A stretch of 63,134 bases of DNA, the filler included, from Squatina squatina (taxonomy: Eukaryota), in assembly GCA_031763465.1 (NCBI GenBank). It is 4 parts of 4 records of this genome, joined end to end, with 100 filler letters (N's around TTAATTAATTAA, not from the genome) between each part and the next. Parts side by side here need not be neighbours in the genome. Positions count along the whole stretch, not along the records: positions 1 to 16,500 come from JARFOE010000080.1; positions 16,601 to 31,058 come from JARFOE010000001.1; 2 more parts are not named here. One strand, given 5' to 3'. Shown piece after piece: positions 13,913 to 25,277 of this stretch (the stretch's first letter is position 1; each line of letters opens with the position of its first letter). Made by a program: the position numbers and the translations under genes. The notes under the pieces are model-generated. The model made no database searches, had not been told where the DNA came from, and saw only the letters and a list, made by a program, of their open reading frames with translations.

Positions 13913-13990
13913 TAGACACTGAACTTTCACTTCTGAGACCGAGGTTCAAATCAAGCACGGACTGATGAAAGTCTTCACTGCCATTTGTAA
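13913..13990 (+). mobile_element. tRNA-derived SINE head
   Basis: Pol III B-box GGTTCAAATC followed by gactgatgaaa, related to 12235-12320. Confidence 0.5.
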
Positions 13991-14393
13991 GGAGGCTGTG
14001 TGAAATGAGTTTAGCAGTCTCACTCCAGCTCCTAAGGGTATGCTGTTATTGGCACAAATTCTTAATATCAATAAAATGACAATTCTAGGACCGCTGGTGT
14101 AGGAAATGGACAGTGTGGTGGAGGGAGGGTGGGGAGATGAATTGGAGTTAAAGTGCATAGTTGAGGCAGAAAGGCCAGAAGTTGTTCTCTGGAGCTAACC
14201 TGTTCTTTGGTTACCCAGAAGCAATTGATGCTGATTGTCCAAATTGAGCAAGTGTTCAATTGCACAGCATTGGCAATACATGATTCACCCAGAGAGTTTC
14301 TTCAATTAGAGTTCAACATATCTTATAGATTAGGGGCCAGTGTAGCATCACTGTCCGTTTGACAGTAAGATGTAGTACTGTTGAAGGAATTAC

Positions 14394-14498
14394 CTGCAGC
14401 TGTTTAATCTGTCCCGTCCATCTGCAGCCTTCCTCACTGTGAATGCAGCGAATGACCAGGGCTAGGATCTGGGCTTCCAGCTCTGGATCAGGATATAT
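14394..14498 (-). CDS. TRAF4: TRAF4-family exon following the RING domain, IYPDPELEAQILALVIRCIHSEEGCRWTGQIKQLQ
   Basis: Acceptor ttcttgctttccag, donor CAG|GTAATT, 105 nt, phase 0-0. The peptide matches TRAF4 IYPDPELEVQVLGLPIRCIHSEEGCRWSGPLRHLQ as recalled. Ortholog versus paralog is not resolved. Confidence 0.9.
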
Positions 14499-14744
14499 CT
14501 GGAAAGCAAGAAAATTTAAGCTTAACCTCAATTAATAAAATAGCTTCGTGACAACAAAAAAGGGTGAATTATTAATAATAAAACGCAACTAGAAAACAAA
14601 ACTAGTTCCAGGGGAATAAAAATTACAAATAAATGAGCAAAGTTCTATTTTTTGGGTGGCAAATCCTAGCCCAGGAGCACAGATCCATTGCAGTGGTCCA
14701 TCACTCCCCAGACCAAGATAAACTAACTCACCAAAAACCAGGAT

Positions 14745-14935
14745 TGAACAACTTACATTTATATAGCAACGTTAAACACAGTAAGACGCCACAAGGTGCC
14801 GAACAAGAGTGATATCAATAAAAACCATGTTTGACACCAAGACACAGAAAGAGACATCAGAACAGGTGACCAAAAGCTTGGTAAAACAGGTAGGTTTTCA
14901 GGAGTTTCTTAAAAAAGAGAGAGAGGTGTGGAGAG
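14745..14935 (-). mobile_element. L2-clade LINE 3' tail
   Basis: acaacttacatttatatagc...gaccaaaagcttggtaaaacaggtaggtttt is the reverse complement of the L2 tail at 30660-30855. Confidence 0.7.
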
Positions 14936-15157
14936 NNNNNNNNNNNNNNNNNNNNNNNNNNNNNNNNNNNNNNNNNNNNNNNNNNNNNNNNNNNNNNNNN
15001 NNNNNNNNNNNNNNNNNNNNNNNNNNNNNNNNNNNATTGTCAGAGTTAGTGGTAATAGATTTGGAAGACTAATTAACATTATATTTGGGCTGGGGAGAAA
15101 ATTCAATTGATAATAAATTGCAAATACAGGCCAATTTGTCTGACTCTTGTTTGAGAA

Positions 15158-15250
15158 GGACTTACATTTATATAGCGCCTTTCACTGGACGTCCCAAAGC
15201 GCTTTACAGCCAATGAAGTACTTTTGAAATGTAGTCATTGTTGCAATGTA
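15158..15250 (-). mobile_element. SINE 3' tail sharing the L2 terminus
   Basis: gacttacatttatatagcgcctttc...ccaaagcgctttacagccaatgaagtac is nearly identical to 40617-40716. Confidence 0.75.
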
Positions 15251-15339
15251 GAAAAAGCGACGGTGGGGGAGGCAGAGGTGGGAGGTGGAGGGTGGGGGGA
15301 GCGGTGAAGGGGGCCGAATGGTGCCCATGAAATTATATC

Positions 15340-15425
15340 CCAGCAAGTAGTCTACCCCACTCGAGCCTGATCTGCCATTCAATAAGATCATGGCTGACCT
15401 TCGACCTCAACTCCACCTTTCCACA
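15340..15425 (-). mobile_element. CR1/SINE 3' tail
   Basis: ctcgagcctgatctgccattcaataagatcatggctga, the same family as 24298-24430. Confidence 0.7.
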
Positions 15426-16500
15426 GGAGGGGAGAAAATAGCTGCAGAAAAAAAAAAAATCGGCAGAGAAAATGAAAGTACATCAAAAACGTCGTGTGTT
15501 TTTAACAGCTCTTCAAGTCTTGGTCGGATTTTGCGTGACGAAGTAGAATTGATGGCTCTGTGAAGAAAGACTGCAATGCAGACTGCACCACTCTCCCACT
15601 GAGAAGAGTGGAAAATAACTAGCAGCAGGGGGAATCTTAAAGGGACTAGTGTAGGATAGAGTTTCAGGCAAATGATTTGCAGATTAACACGGAGAACAGA
15701 CATACATGACTTTACATCATGCGCAAGTGACACACTAAATGCGTTTTGACATCATTTACATCAGCGTGCCCTAGTTTTGTAAACAAAAAAAAAATCTCAT
15801 AAGCCTTTCCTCCCGAAATGGTGGCCCTTTAAACAATGTAAAAAAAAATCAATAGAAATAAAGGACACTTATAGACAATATAAATATCTGGCACCAGTGA
15901 ACTTTAATTACAAAGATCCCACAGTGACAAAATGTAACAGGAATACACGATAAACATGACAAACTCACTTGACTTTTAATGGTTTGGAATAAAAGCTTTC
16001 CAAGTACTGTAGTAGTTATAATTTAAATGCCCTGGCACAGTAGTTGTGCCAGTGAAACTTAAACAAGTATATAAAAATATGCCATTAAATTCATATCAAC
16101 AATTAAAGACTGAGAACGGTATGTACAGAAGAGGAAATATATACCATTATTTACAATACACAAAGGTGGCTTCTCCCATCGCCAAGCAATTTACATCTTA
16201 AAAGAAACAAACTGTTGTTTTCTCTCTGCATATAGTATTATATCATGTCTTTTTTTTTTCACTATCAGCTCTTGAACTGAGTAAATGGCGAGTGACCTTT
16301 CAATGAAATGCTGATAGTTGCAAAGCAATACCCCAATATCAAACTGACACAACATTAAAGATCCTTCCTCTTGGCCTACATAGAATGGTTTGTGAACATT
16401 TACTTTAAATTCACCTTTAAAATAGATTGGTAATTGTCTTATGGAAGTGTTAAAAAAGATCTGCCTGTAGCAGAGGAGCGTTCCATTCATTGATGGTATT

Positions 16501-16600
16501 NNNNNNNNNNNNNNNNNNNNNNNNNNNNNNNNNNNNNNNNNNNNTTAATTAATTAANNNNNNNNNNNNNNNNNNNNNNNNNNNNNNNNNNNNNNNNNNNN
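16501..16600. other. artificial scaffold-joining spacer N44-TTAATTAATTAA-N44
   Basis: Six-frame stop linker at 16545-16556 centred in exactly 100 nt. Confidence 0.95.
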
Positions 16601-17005
16601 CCCACCAATTTCGCCGTGGTGAAGCCACAAATCTGCCTGGCAGTCATTTGAGCTTCCACCAAAGCTGCAAAGTGGGCAAACAGGGACTCTTGTTATGTGG
16701 ACCTGGCTGCAGCCTCCCTGGAGGCGAGTTCACTCTCGAGGGTAAACTACAGAGCGGTGATGTTATGGGAGATGACACCGCACTGACTAGAAGCGGATTT
16801 ATTCACACTCTCAGCAATAGTGCTGAAATTCCTTGGCATGCCTTCTAACACATTATATATCTGCTTGTGTAATGCCAGCAGCTTTCTTCTGATGGCTGGG
16901 CCCACCTTTGTCATCCCCAGCAGATCAGGGAGAGGGACGAGCAATAGCCACTTGGGGTGATTTAGTGGAGGGCTGCTGGCACTTGTGGAGCCCAACAAGA
17001 GTCAC
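16601..17005 (-). mobile_element. possible decayed Harbinger accessory (Myb/SANT-type) ORF C-terminus
   Basis: Helical peptide RRKLLALHKQIYNVLEGMPRNFSTIAESV resembles such proteins in style only. No diagnostic motif is present. Confidence 0.25.
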
Positions 17006-17846
17006 CTGCTTCAAGAAAGGAGGGAGTTAAAAAGACAAGCTGAAAGAGGTTAGAAAAAGCAGGACTTTGCTGAGCACACTAAGACTGTCTGTTAAACAAG
17101 GCATAAATAAGAAACATATTGAAGCAAAATGGTCGAAGAAGAAAACTATTTGTGGATGCCTTAAAACAGTGCAATTTTCATAATTTTTGTTAGATATTCT
17201 ATAAGAAAATCCTCACACTAGTGCACCCTCGACTCTGCTGTTTGATTTCAAGCTAAACCGAGACAGCCCAACAACATGTTGTAAAAGAAAAACATATTTG
17301 TTATTTGGACTTATAAAAGGAATCCTTATCCTCCCGCTTTAAAAGTTCCCAAAACGAACTTCAAACAGCCACACATATGGGAGCAGCTGTCCCAGCAATA
17401 GTGGTTCACAGCTCCAGCTTTGAGGAAAGTGTATCCTGGGAGGATGCTGCACCAGACGCCAAAACACAAAACAATGTTTGTCTAATGAAGTCTTCCAAAT
17501 GTTGCCATAAATCTCAGTGTTTATCTGCTTAACATCCAGCAAAGTTAATTAAACTATCACTGAACTTTCATCCAGCCGGCGATTTTTATGAGAGTTTTCA
17601 CAACATGGTAGACGGTTAATGATTTTTAATTATGTGATAGCTGAAGAGATTTGCATAAACTGTCATGAGGTTTCAACACTGTCCTTTGTAATGCTAATCA
17701 ATGCAGTGGGTTTAGAAATCAATTAACCCGAAACAAATTCAAAGTANNNNNNNNNNNNNNNNNNNNNNNNNNNNNNNNNNNNNNNNNNNNNNNNNNNNNN
17801 NNNNNNNNNNNNNNNNNNNNNNNNNNNNNNNNNNNNNNNNNNNNNN

Positions 17847-18140
17847 GGAGGACTGGGTGTAGTTTTGGGTTCCACACTTTAAGAACTAAGACAATGAGAG
17901 TTTGCAATGCAGATTCACTGGAATGCTGCCTGGTATGTGGAAATACAAATGAAAAAATGCTTGAAAAGTAGGGCTATTTTCAATGGCACAGATGAGATTA
18001 AGGGGTGATAAGAGGTGTTCAAAATTATGACTGGATGGAACAGTAAATTGAAACAGACTGTTTCCAGTGGTTAAGTGGTCGAGAACAAGGGGACATAGAT
18101 ATTAAATTAGACAGAGATGTAGGACAAAAAGCAGGAGAGG
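17847..18140 (+). mobile_element. CR1-type LINE ORF2 C-terminal remnant
   Basis: tgtagttttgggttccacactttaagaa...gattaaggggtgat..gaggtgttcaaaattatga...acaaggggacataga corresponds to degenerate CR1 motifs (QFW.P, RLRGDL.EVFKI, TRGH). Confidence 0.75.
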
Positions 18141-19258
18141 AATGTGATTAAAGAGCCTTGTGACGGCAGTCTTTCTTCAATGATCCATGGCATTAGATGC
18201 CGCAGAAACAGCTCTGTGTCAATGCAAGGCATCATTTTTCAGCCGACCCACAGTCAGCAATCACATTCCGTCACATGCACCATGGCCTTGTATTTTGCCG
18301 CGGTTTCATTTACTCCAAAACTATATCATAACAATAATGCAAACTTCTAAGCAGTGTCTCACAACTTGTAGCTGTCAGTAGGGTCACAAAGACATTGGGT
18401 GTTTGTAATGAATTTACANNNNNNNNNNNNNNNNNNNNNNNNNNNNNNNNNNNNNNNNNNNNNNNNNNNNNNNNNNNNNNNNNNNNNNNNNNNNNNNNNN
18501 NNNNNNNNNNNNNNNNNNNNNNNNNNNNNNNNNNNNNNNNNNNNNNNNNNNNNNNNNNNNNNNNNNNNNNNNNNNNNNNNNNNNNNNNNNNNNNNNNNNN
18601 NNNNNNNNNNNNNNNNNNNNNNNNNNNNNNNNNNNNNNNNNNNNNNNNNNNNNNNNNNNNNNNNNNNNNNNNNNNNNNNNNNNNNNNNNNNNNNNNNNNN
18701 NNNNNNNNNNNNNNNNNNNNNNNNNNNNNNNNNNNNNNNNNNNNNNNNNNNNNNNNNNNNNNNNNNNNNNNNNNNNNNNNNNNNNNNNNNNNNNNNNNNN
18801 NNNNNNNNNNNNNNNNNNNNNNNNNNNNNNNNNNNNNNNNNNNNNNNNNNNNNNNNNNNNNNNNNNNNNNNNNNNNNNNNNNNNNNNNNNNNNNNNNNNN
18901 NNNNNNNNNNNNNNNNNNNNNNNNNNNNNNNNNNNNNNNNNNNNNNNNNNNNNNNNNNNNNNNNNNNNNNNNNNNNNNNNNNNNNNNNNNNNNNNNNNNN
19001 NNNNNNNNNNNNNNNNNNNNNNNNNNNNNNNNNNNNNNNNNNNNNNNNNNNNNNNNNNNNNNNNNNNNNNNNNNNNNNNNNNNNNNNNNNNNNNNNNNNN
19101 NNNNNNNNNNNNNNNNNNNNNNNNNNNNNNNNNNNNNNNNNNNNNNNNNNNNNNNNNNNNNNNNNNNNNNNNNNNNNNNNNNNNNNNNNNNNNNNNNNNN
19201 NNNNNNNNNNNNNNNNNNNNNNNNNNNNNNNNNNNNNNNNNNNNNNNNNNNNNNNNNN

Positions 19259-19943
19259 GTAGTCCAGGTAGCTGTGGAGTCAATGGGCTTATAGTGAATG
19301 TTTGCCAATAGCCTATCCCCAGAAATGGAGACAGAGAAGTTAAGGAAGGGAAAGGAAGAGTTGGATCATGTGAAGGTGAGGGAAGGGTGGAAATTGGAGG
19401 CAAAGTGAATGAAATTCTCTAGTTCAGGGTGAGAGCAGAAAACAGCACGGTGAGGAAGGGGACCTAAGTAGATCTGGAACAAAGAATGTTTCACATATTC
19501 CACGAACAGGCAGGCATAGCTAGGACCCATGTGGGTTCCCATAGCAACACCTTTAATTCGGAGGAAGTGAGCGGAGTCAAAGGGAAAGTTCAATGTGAGA
19601 ACAAGCTCAGCCAGGAGGAGGAGGACGAGGAGGACGACGACGACGTGACCGGTTGGGCCCCTGTTCAAGGAAGAAGCGGAGAGCCCTCAGGCCGTCCTGG
19701 TGGGGGATGCAAGTGTAGAGGGATTGGATGTCCATAGTGAAAAGGAGGCGACTGGGGCCAGGAAACAGTTTAAAGAGGCGGAGGGCATCGGAAGAGTCGG
19801 GGATGTAGGTGGGAAGACTCTGGACAAGGTGAGGAAGAAATAGTTCCGTGGGGCAAGAACAGGCTGAAACGATGGGTCTACCAGGACAGGCCTGTTTGTG
19901 GATCTTGGAAAGGAGGTAGAAGCGGGCTGTGCGGGGTTGGGGA
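19259..19943 (-). mobile_element. Penelope-like element reverse transcriptase, truncated and frameshifted
   Basis: Peptides PRTARFYLLSKIHK, PGRPIVSACSCPTE, LFTMDIQSLYTCIPH, GVAMGTHMGPSYACLF, NFHPSLTFT and IHYKPIDS are Penelope/Poseidon RT motifs. The YIDD segment is deleted. Confidence 0.93.
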
Positions 19944-20011
19944 ACCTGCTGAGTATTTCCAGGATTTTCTGTTTGCATTTCAGATTCCAACATCTGCAGT
20001 ATTTTGCTTTT
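19944..20011 (+). mobile_element. Penelope-type terminal repeat segment, inverted relative to the adjacent RT
   Basis: acctgctgagtatttccagg...cagattccaacatctgcagtattttgctttt. Related copies at 27239-27303 (-), 39730-39858 (+) and 57421-57518 (-). Confidence 0.75.
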
Positions 20012-20779
20012 GTACTGATGCCTGGGGGTCAGACTTATCCAGTCCAAGCAACCTCCATGTACCATAACACTTTTTTTCTCATCCCCCAACCAACTTAAGA
20101 TATATTTATTATGATGAATTTGCTACATTTAAGTATAATGATTATAGATTTATTTATAAGTGCTATTATGAACATTTATTGCCTGTTTTCTAATTCTTGA
20201 ACACTAGATGGTGGTATAAGATGCCAATTATTTATCTTCTCTTGACTGGCTCTCAGTCTCTTGCACCTTTACCTTCTTGTTCATCATATTTATTTATTTC
20301 CTTTTCTGGCATCTCCTGTTCTGTATTCAAAGTAATGACAACTTCTACTCCCTTTCGCTGTGAAATTTTCAACTAAATGATTTAATTTAAGCCTAAATGC
20401 ATGCATGGAAGACAAGAACATGTTGAGCTTCTTGCAAAAAATTGTTAGAGTAGCATTTCTCTCTTAAATTCTGAAATTCAGATTCTGCTACTAACACCAT
20501 TAAAAACTGAAGGGTGCTTTTTAAAAAAAATCTTCTTCCCCAGTTTGGTTCTCCCTGCACCATGTACTGTCCCTGGCCAGAAGGGTGAGCAGCGCTGAAA
20601 TCTGACATGAGGTGTGCAAGAATGGCCTCTGGTGACTTGCTCTCTTTTTCTTCTTTCCTACAGGATTGTGTCCAAACTGTTGCACAATTGAAATTGGTTG
20701 TGGGCTCTGCCTACTCCATAACAATTGACACATTTTGTTTTTGATATTTCCTCTTCATTTGTCAATCTTTTTATAATAA

Positions 20780-21560
20780 CTTTCATTTGCATAGCATTTT
20801 TAACATAGAAAAATATGATTGAAGGCTCTGCAATCAATAGTGGCAGGAGGAGGGAGTGGACTGGAGATGATGGGAAGGGTGGTGAACATTGTAGCGATAA
20901 GGTGGGACAAGGGATTTATGGGGTGAGGACGAAGACTTGAAATTAGATTTGTTGTGGCTCAGGGAATCGGAATGGTCAGGGAGAATGGACGAGGATCATT
21001 TGGGGCTTGATGTGAATTTTGGACAGTTTGGAGTGTGGTAATTGGAAAGCCACCAAGGAGGCATTGAAAAATAAGCCCAGAGATGACACAGGCATGGATG
21101 AGGTTTTTTTAACATCAACAGAAGTAAGGTATGTGTGAAGGTAAGCACTCTTGGGAAGGATAGGTAATGGAATTTGAAGCTCAGTTCAGGATCAAGCAGC
21201 ATATTTTGCACCATCAGGCCCAGCCAGGATGGGGAATGGAATTGAGAGCTAAGGTGCAAAGTTTCTGGTGAGGACCAAAAGAATTGCTTCTATCTTGCTG
21301 ATGTTAAACTGGAGAAATTTCCAGCTCATTCATGACATGATGTCCATCAGGCAGTTGGAGAACACAGCAAAAGTCATGAAGTGGAGGGTGATGGGAAAGA
21401 GTTAAAGCTGGGTTTGTCAACATGTAGATGAAAGCTGACACCATGCTTGTCATTAGCGTTGCTGGAAGACAGCATATATATATGTCCTCAATTCTTTATA
21501 CATATATCATATATATCCATCTCCAAGGATAGAACCTTGGGGCACACCAGAGGTGATTGT
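20780..21560 (-). mobile_element. old L2-clade LINE fragment
   Basis: Reverse-strand degenerate L2 ORF2: gcattgaaaaataagcccagagatgacacaggcatggat, agttaaagctgggtttgtcaacatgtagatg (RT YxDD region) and ccaaggatagaaccttggggcacacc (GVPQGSILG). Confidence 0.7.
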
Positions 21561-23394
21561 GTGGCAGTGAATCAGTCATTCAATATAAGGGCAGCCCAAG
21601 TGGATTCCTGGAGCGGGACAAGTAGGTAGCCTGTTCATCCTGTTAGATGGAAAATGATGCATGTTTCCCAGGGGACCCTGAAAGGGGAGGAAAAGGAGGG
21701 CAAATCTAAAATATATCTTTCAAAAATTCAATAAAATCAACAAAAGTAGCAGAAAAATCCCAACTGGTCGACAAGCACAGTTCTGTCACAATAAACGGAG
21801 GTTCCATTACATCCTGATGACCTCACTGTATATACAAACTCAGACCCAGCTACCCAGACCACACACTCAGGCAACAACATTATTTTATACTGTTGGCAGC
21901 CTGTGGAGTCATAAACATGGTTTTCTGAACTTCAGCCCCTTGCATTTTAATAATGATAATCCTCAAGATGTATTTATCTCCTTTCAATATTGAGATGCAC
22001 TCTGTAATTACAATGTCTGCTGTATAGATTCAGTGAGTCCTACAGACGCAATTCATCATCACAGAATATTATGTGCTACACTTCAGTTGCCTCAAGTCAT
22101 CGCTACACACTTTCCTGAATTATCACTTGTACTTAGTACCCCTGCGACGATCAAAGTAAGAGAAATTTTAATGTTCCCATGTTTGTTGAAATACTTTCTA
22201 TCAGATTCCTCACTGTTGTATTTGATATTTAAAGGTTGTTTCCATTAACACAGAGAAGACTTAATATTGGTGGNNNNNNNNNNNNNNNNNNNNNNNNNNN
22301 NNNNNNNNNNNNNNNNNNNNNNNNNNNNNNNNNNNNNNNNNNNNNNNNNNNNNNNNNNNNNNNNNNNNNNNNNAAGGATAAAGTATACTCCACAGATGCA
22401 GAATGCAACTTGCGATCCCATCATAATGACATCCATTCACAGAGTTCAAAATATTCCACTATGGATCATCATATTCATTCTTGTGATATTAAATTCCCAA
22501 TGGCCAACGAGAAATATCTACAGCTTTTTCTATATTCACAGCACCATAAAGCCGAGTGGAAATCTAGTGGAGTGAGTTAAATAACTTACAAGAATCTAAT
22601 GGTAGAAGATACACCCAATTTCCAAGAAAAAGTAAAAGTAATTCATCCTTGGTGGTCTAGATAAGGGGCAGACAGTAATCCTGTCAGGGGCAGGAGAAAG
22701 AGAGGCGTGTCAAATCCCTTGAGTCAATGAAGGGAATACATGAATGACCTTTGGCAGCCTGTAGAGAAGCAAATCAAATCTCCGACAGTCTTGGAGAGCT
22801 TGACCTTGCCTTAAGCTTTGAACATTTAAAAAGTGTTTACACCATTCAATTGTAAACTATTCTGCACTAGGAACTTTCATCTGATTCAGAAAGTACAGAG
22901 AGAAGGCTAAACACATATGTATCATAAAAGCAGCCTGTTATTCTGGATAAAATAGGTTGGCATCAACATAAAAATTATATAATGTTTACGTCAACAAGGA
23001 TTATTGTTAATTACTGCTTGTGTTAAGTACTATATTGCTCTACCTTTATTTTCCATTTTGTTTGATATTGGCATAAAGAAGTCGATATGGAATTTTAAAT
23101 TAAAACTAAAAGCATCAGAGTATTGACTGCACTAAACCGTAGCTTGAATACTGTAAGATTATAGCATTTTTATTGAAACCTTAACATTTCAGATAAAGAA
23201 AAGAATATAATTACTATATTTCCCAGATGTACATTCCAGCTAATTATCAGAACTAAAAGCTAATTTGTGAACATTACTGGTAATCTGCAAAGTAGAGAGC
23301 ATGCACGATGCCAAAACAGGTAGCTCTATAGTATGCAATAACTGCTGAACTACTAGCCATGTCTGAAAGCCTTTGTGGTATCACTTAGATGTAC

Positions 23395-23517
23395 CTGAAT
23401 CGCAGCCAGATTTTTCTGCTCTTGTGTTGGGGACTGATGGACAAAACGTAGCCAGTTTGAATGCCGTGGATTACTGGCATCCAGAATATATAGCACATCT
23501 CCCTTACTCCCACGTAC
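23395..23517 (-). CDS. PRDM5: PR/SET domain zinc finger protein 5, internal PR-domain exon [41 protein letters not shown]
   Basis: Acceptor ttttttcttgcag, donor CAG|GTACAT, 123 nt, phase 0-0. Near-identical to PRDM5 [41 protein letters not shown] as recalled, and syntenic with NDNF. This frame is not in the ORF track. Confidence 0.95.
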
Positions 23518-24297
23518 CTGCAAGAAAAAAGTTCAGGAGTACAGTCTGCCGCAGTAATGACAAAATAATTCAGAACAGTTTGGAGGATTTTTTTTCTCTG
23601 CAAAGCAATAGGAAAGAAGGATGTTGGATTATATAAGATTGGAAAGCCGTGACTACTAAAATAAAGCAGGATCTGACTGCAGCGACAGAGCAGTGCAGGA
23701 AGAAGATTGCGACGGGCAGGCACCTGTGTGACTGAAGAATAGTATCTTCGGAAGTTAATGGCACGGATCCAGACTGGGGAGAAAAAACACATGAAAGGCT
23801 AAAGCTGAGACGGTGGGCCCTGTCTCTGGGGATATCTGAATGGAAGAGTGCCAATAGACAGACAGTTGCAGAGGATGGCAGAGGGCAGATTACGGGGTGA
23901 TGTTTTAAAGTGTCNNNNNNNNNNATCATGAAAGTAACTTTTATGCAGCCAATCTGACCTTTTCGATGTCTCGGTGCACTTTAAACGCAGAATATAAAAG
24001 CTTTATTACAGAATAGTTTAGCATTGTTCAACCACCACAGAACAGGGAGCCCTACAGGGCATTATATTTTATTGCCACTGCACTGTTTTGACTGATGACA
24101 AGTTCCTGTTGCTATGCCCTGTAGTGCTAGTATAATCGACAAATATCTTTTTGAGATCCTGTAATGGTTTACAATCAATTCTATCATGAAGAATAGANNN
24201 NNNNNNNNNNNNNNNNNNNNNNNNNNNNNNNNNNNNNNNNNNNNNNNNNNNNNNNNNNNNNNNNNNNNNNNNNNNNNNNNNNNNNNNNNNNNNNNNN

Positions 24298-24432
24298 GAG
24301 TAGGCCATTCGGCCCTTCGAGCCTGCTCTGCCATTCAATATGATCATGGCTGATCATCCAAATTCAGTACCCTGATCCAGCTTTCTCCCCAAAGCCCTTG
24401 ATCTCATTAGCCAGAAGAACTATATCTAACTA
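24298..24432 (-). mobile_element. CR1/SINE 3' tail
   Basis: gagtaggccattcggcccttcgagcctgctctgccattcaatatgatcatggctgatc, a well-preserved reversed CR1-type tail. Confidence 0.8.
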
Positions 24433-24589
24433 ATTAGTGAATATATTTAATTAGTCTTTCAGTTTTACCCCATATTGAAATCCAACCTAGTGCAAGTGAT
24501 TTGGTTGGTCTATATCTTCCATGTTACCATTGCATACTTCCAGCTTATTTTTTCAATTTGTTACTACATAATTAACGAGAAACAATGAA

Positions 24590-25277
24590 TGAGAGTTTTA
24601 TTAAAGAAGTACAATAAATATGAAACACCAAACAGATGTGATGCAAGATGCAAAAACACCTGATGAGGTCACTGAATCTTGTGTGCGCGATGAATCCTTC
24701 TAAATTTATTGGATCAAAGCAATTCCTCCCAACCCCAAACACTAGAAACTGGTCAGGAGCTTTGTCCAAAAGATAGTTAGAATTGTATTTTAATGGGGAT
24801 GATTCTTAAAGTTTACAATCATAAAAACATAGACATTTAAGACTGAACTTTATCCTTATAAAATAATTTACAGATTTCCTATGTCCTATATTGCATGTAC
24901 GATTAACAGGGCAGCTAGTTTAAGCGTCTTGGATGATGAAATAATTTAGATGCAGTTCATGCAGTGTAGAGCTCAAAAAGCTGACAGTACTTGAGTGTAC
25001 TCCTGCCACTGTGGACCATTCTTATTCAATGTCAGGTGTGACAAAGTACTTGCGGTCATGCAACTGCAAAGGCCAGATTGCCATCTGAGTGCATCGGGCT
25101 CAGTCTCTTCAAATAACCACTGAATTATGTAAACATAAATATACAAGTTGATATCTTTCTAAATAGTACAAATACATGTTGCAACATCTCAGCTGTATAA
25201 GTAGTCAGTCTGTATATTTTCATCTAGTGAAATAATGTTCATAGTTCAATAAAGTTTTGAGTCTATACATGGAGTCA
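24590..25277 (-). other. NDNF: NDNF 3' UTR with candidate poly(A) signals
   Basis: Follows the TAG at 25278-25280. AATAAA on the minus strand at 24705-24710 and 24597-24602. Confidence 0.6.

Noticed and set aside
16545-16556. Recurring TTAATTAATTAA palindrome (also 31103-31114 and 50107-50118)
   Set aside because: Always centred in exactly 44 N on each side. It is an artificial six-frame stop linker, and adjacency across it has no biological meaning.
18310-19403. Long ORFs of about 300 aa, and the many other X-containing ORFs
   Set aside because: They are open only because they run through N gaps.
23373-23929. ORFs 23373-23636 (+), 23385-23792 (-) and 23570-23929 (-)
   Set aside because: Wrong frames or strand. 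The real coding signal is the 123-nt PRDM5 exon in a frame not listed.
24590-25277. SECIS element in the NDNF 3' UTR
   Set aside because: Several minus-strand ATGA starts were checked (near 25242, 25059, 24960 and 24822). None combines an 11-12 bp helix, an apical AA and a paired 3' GA. This was a by-eye check only.
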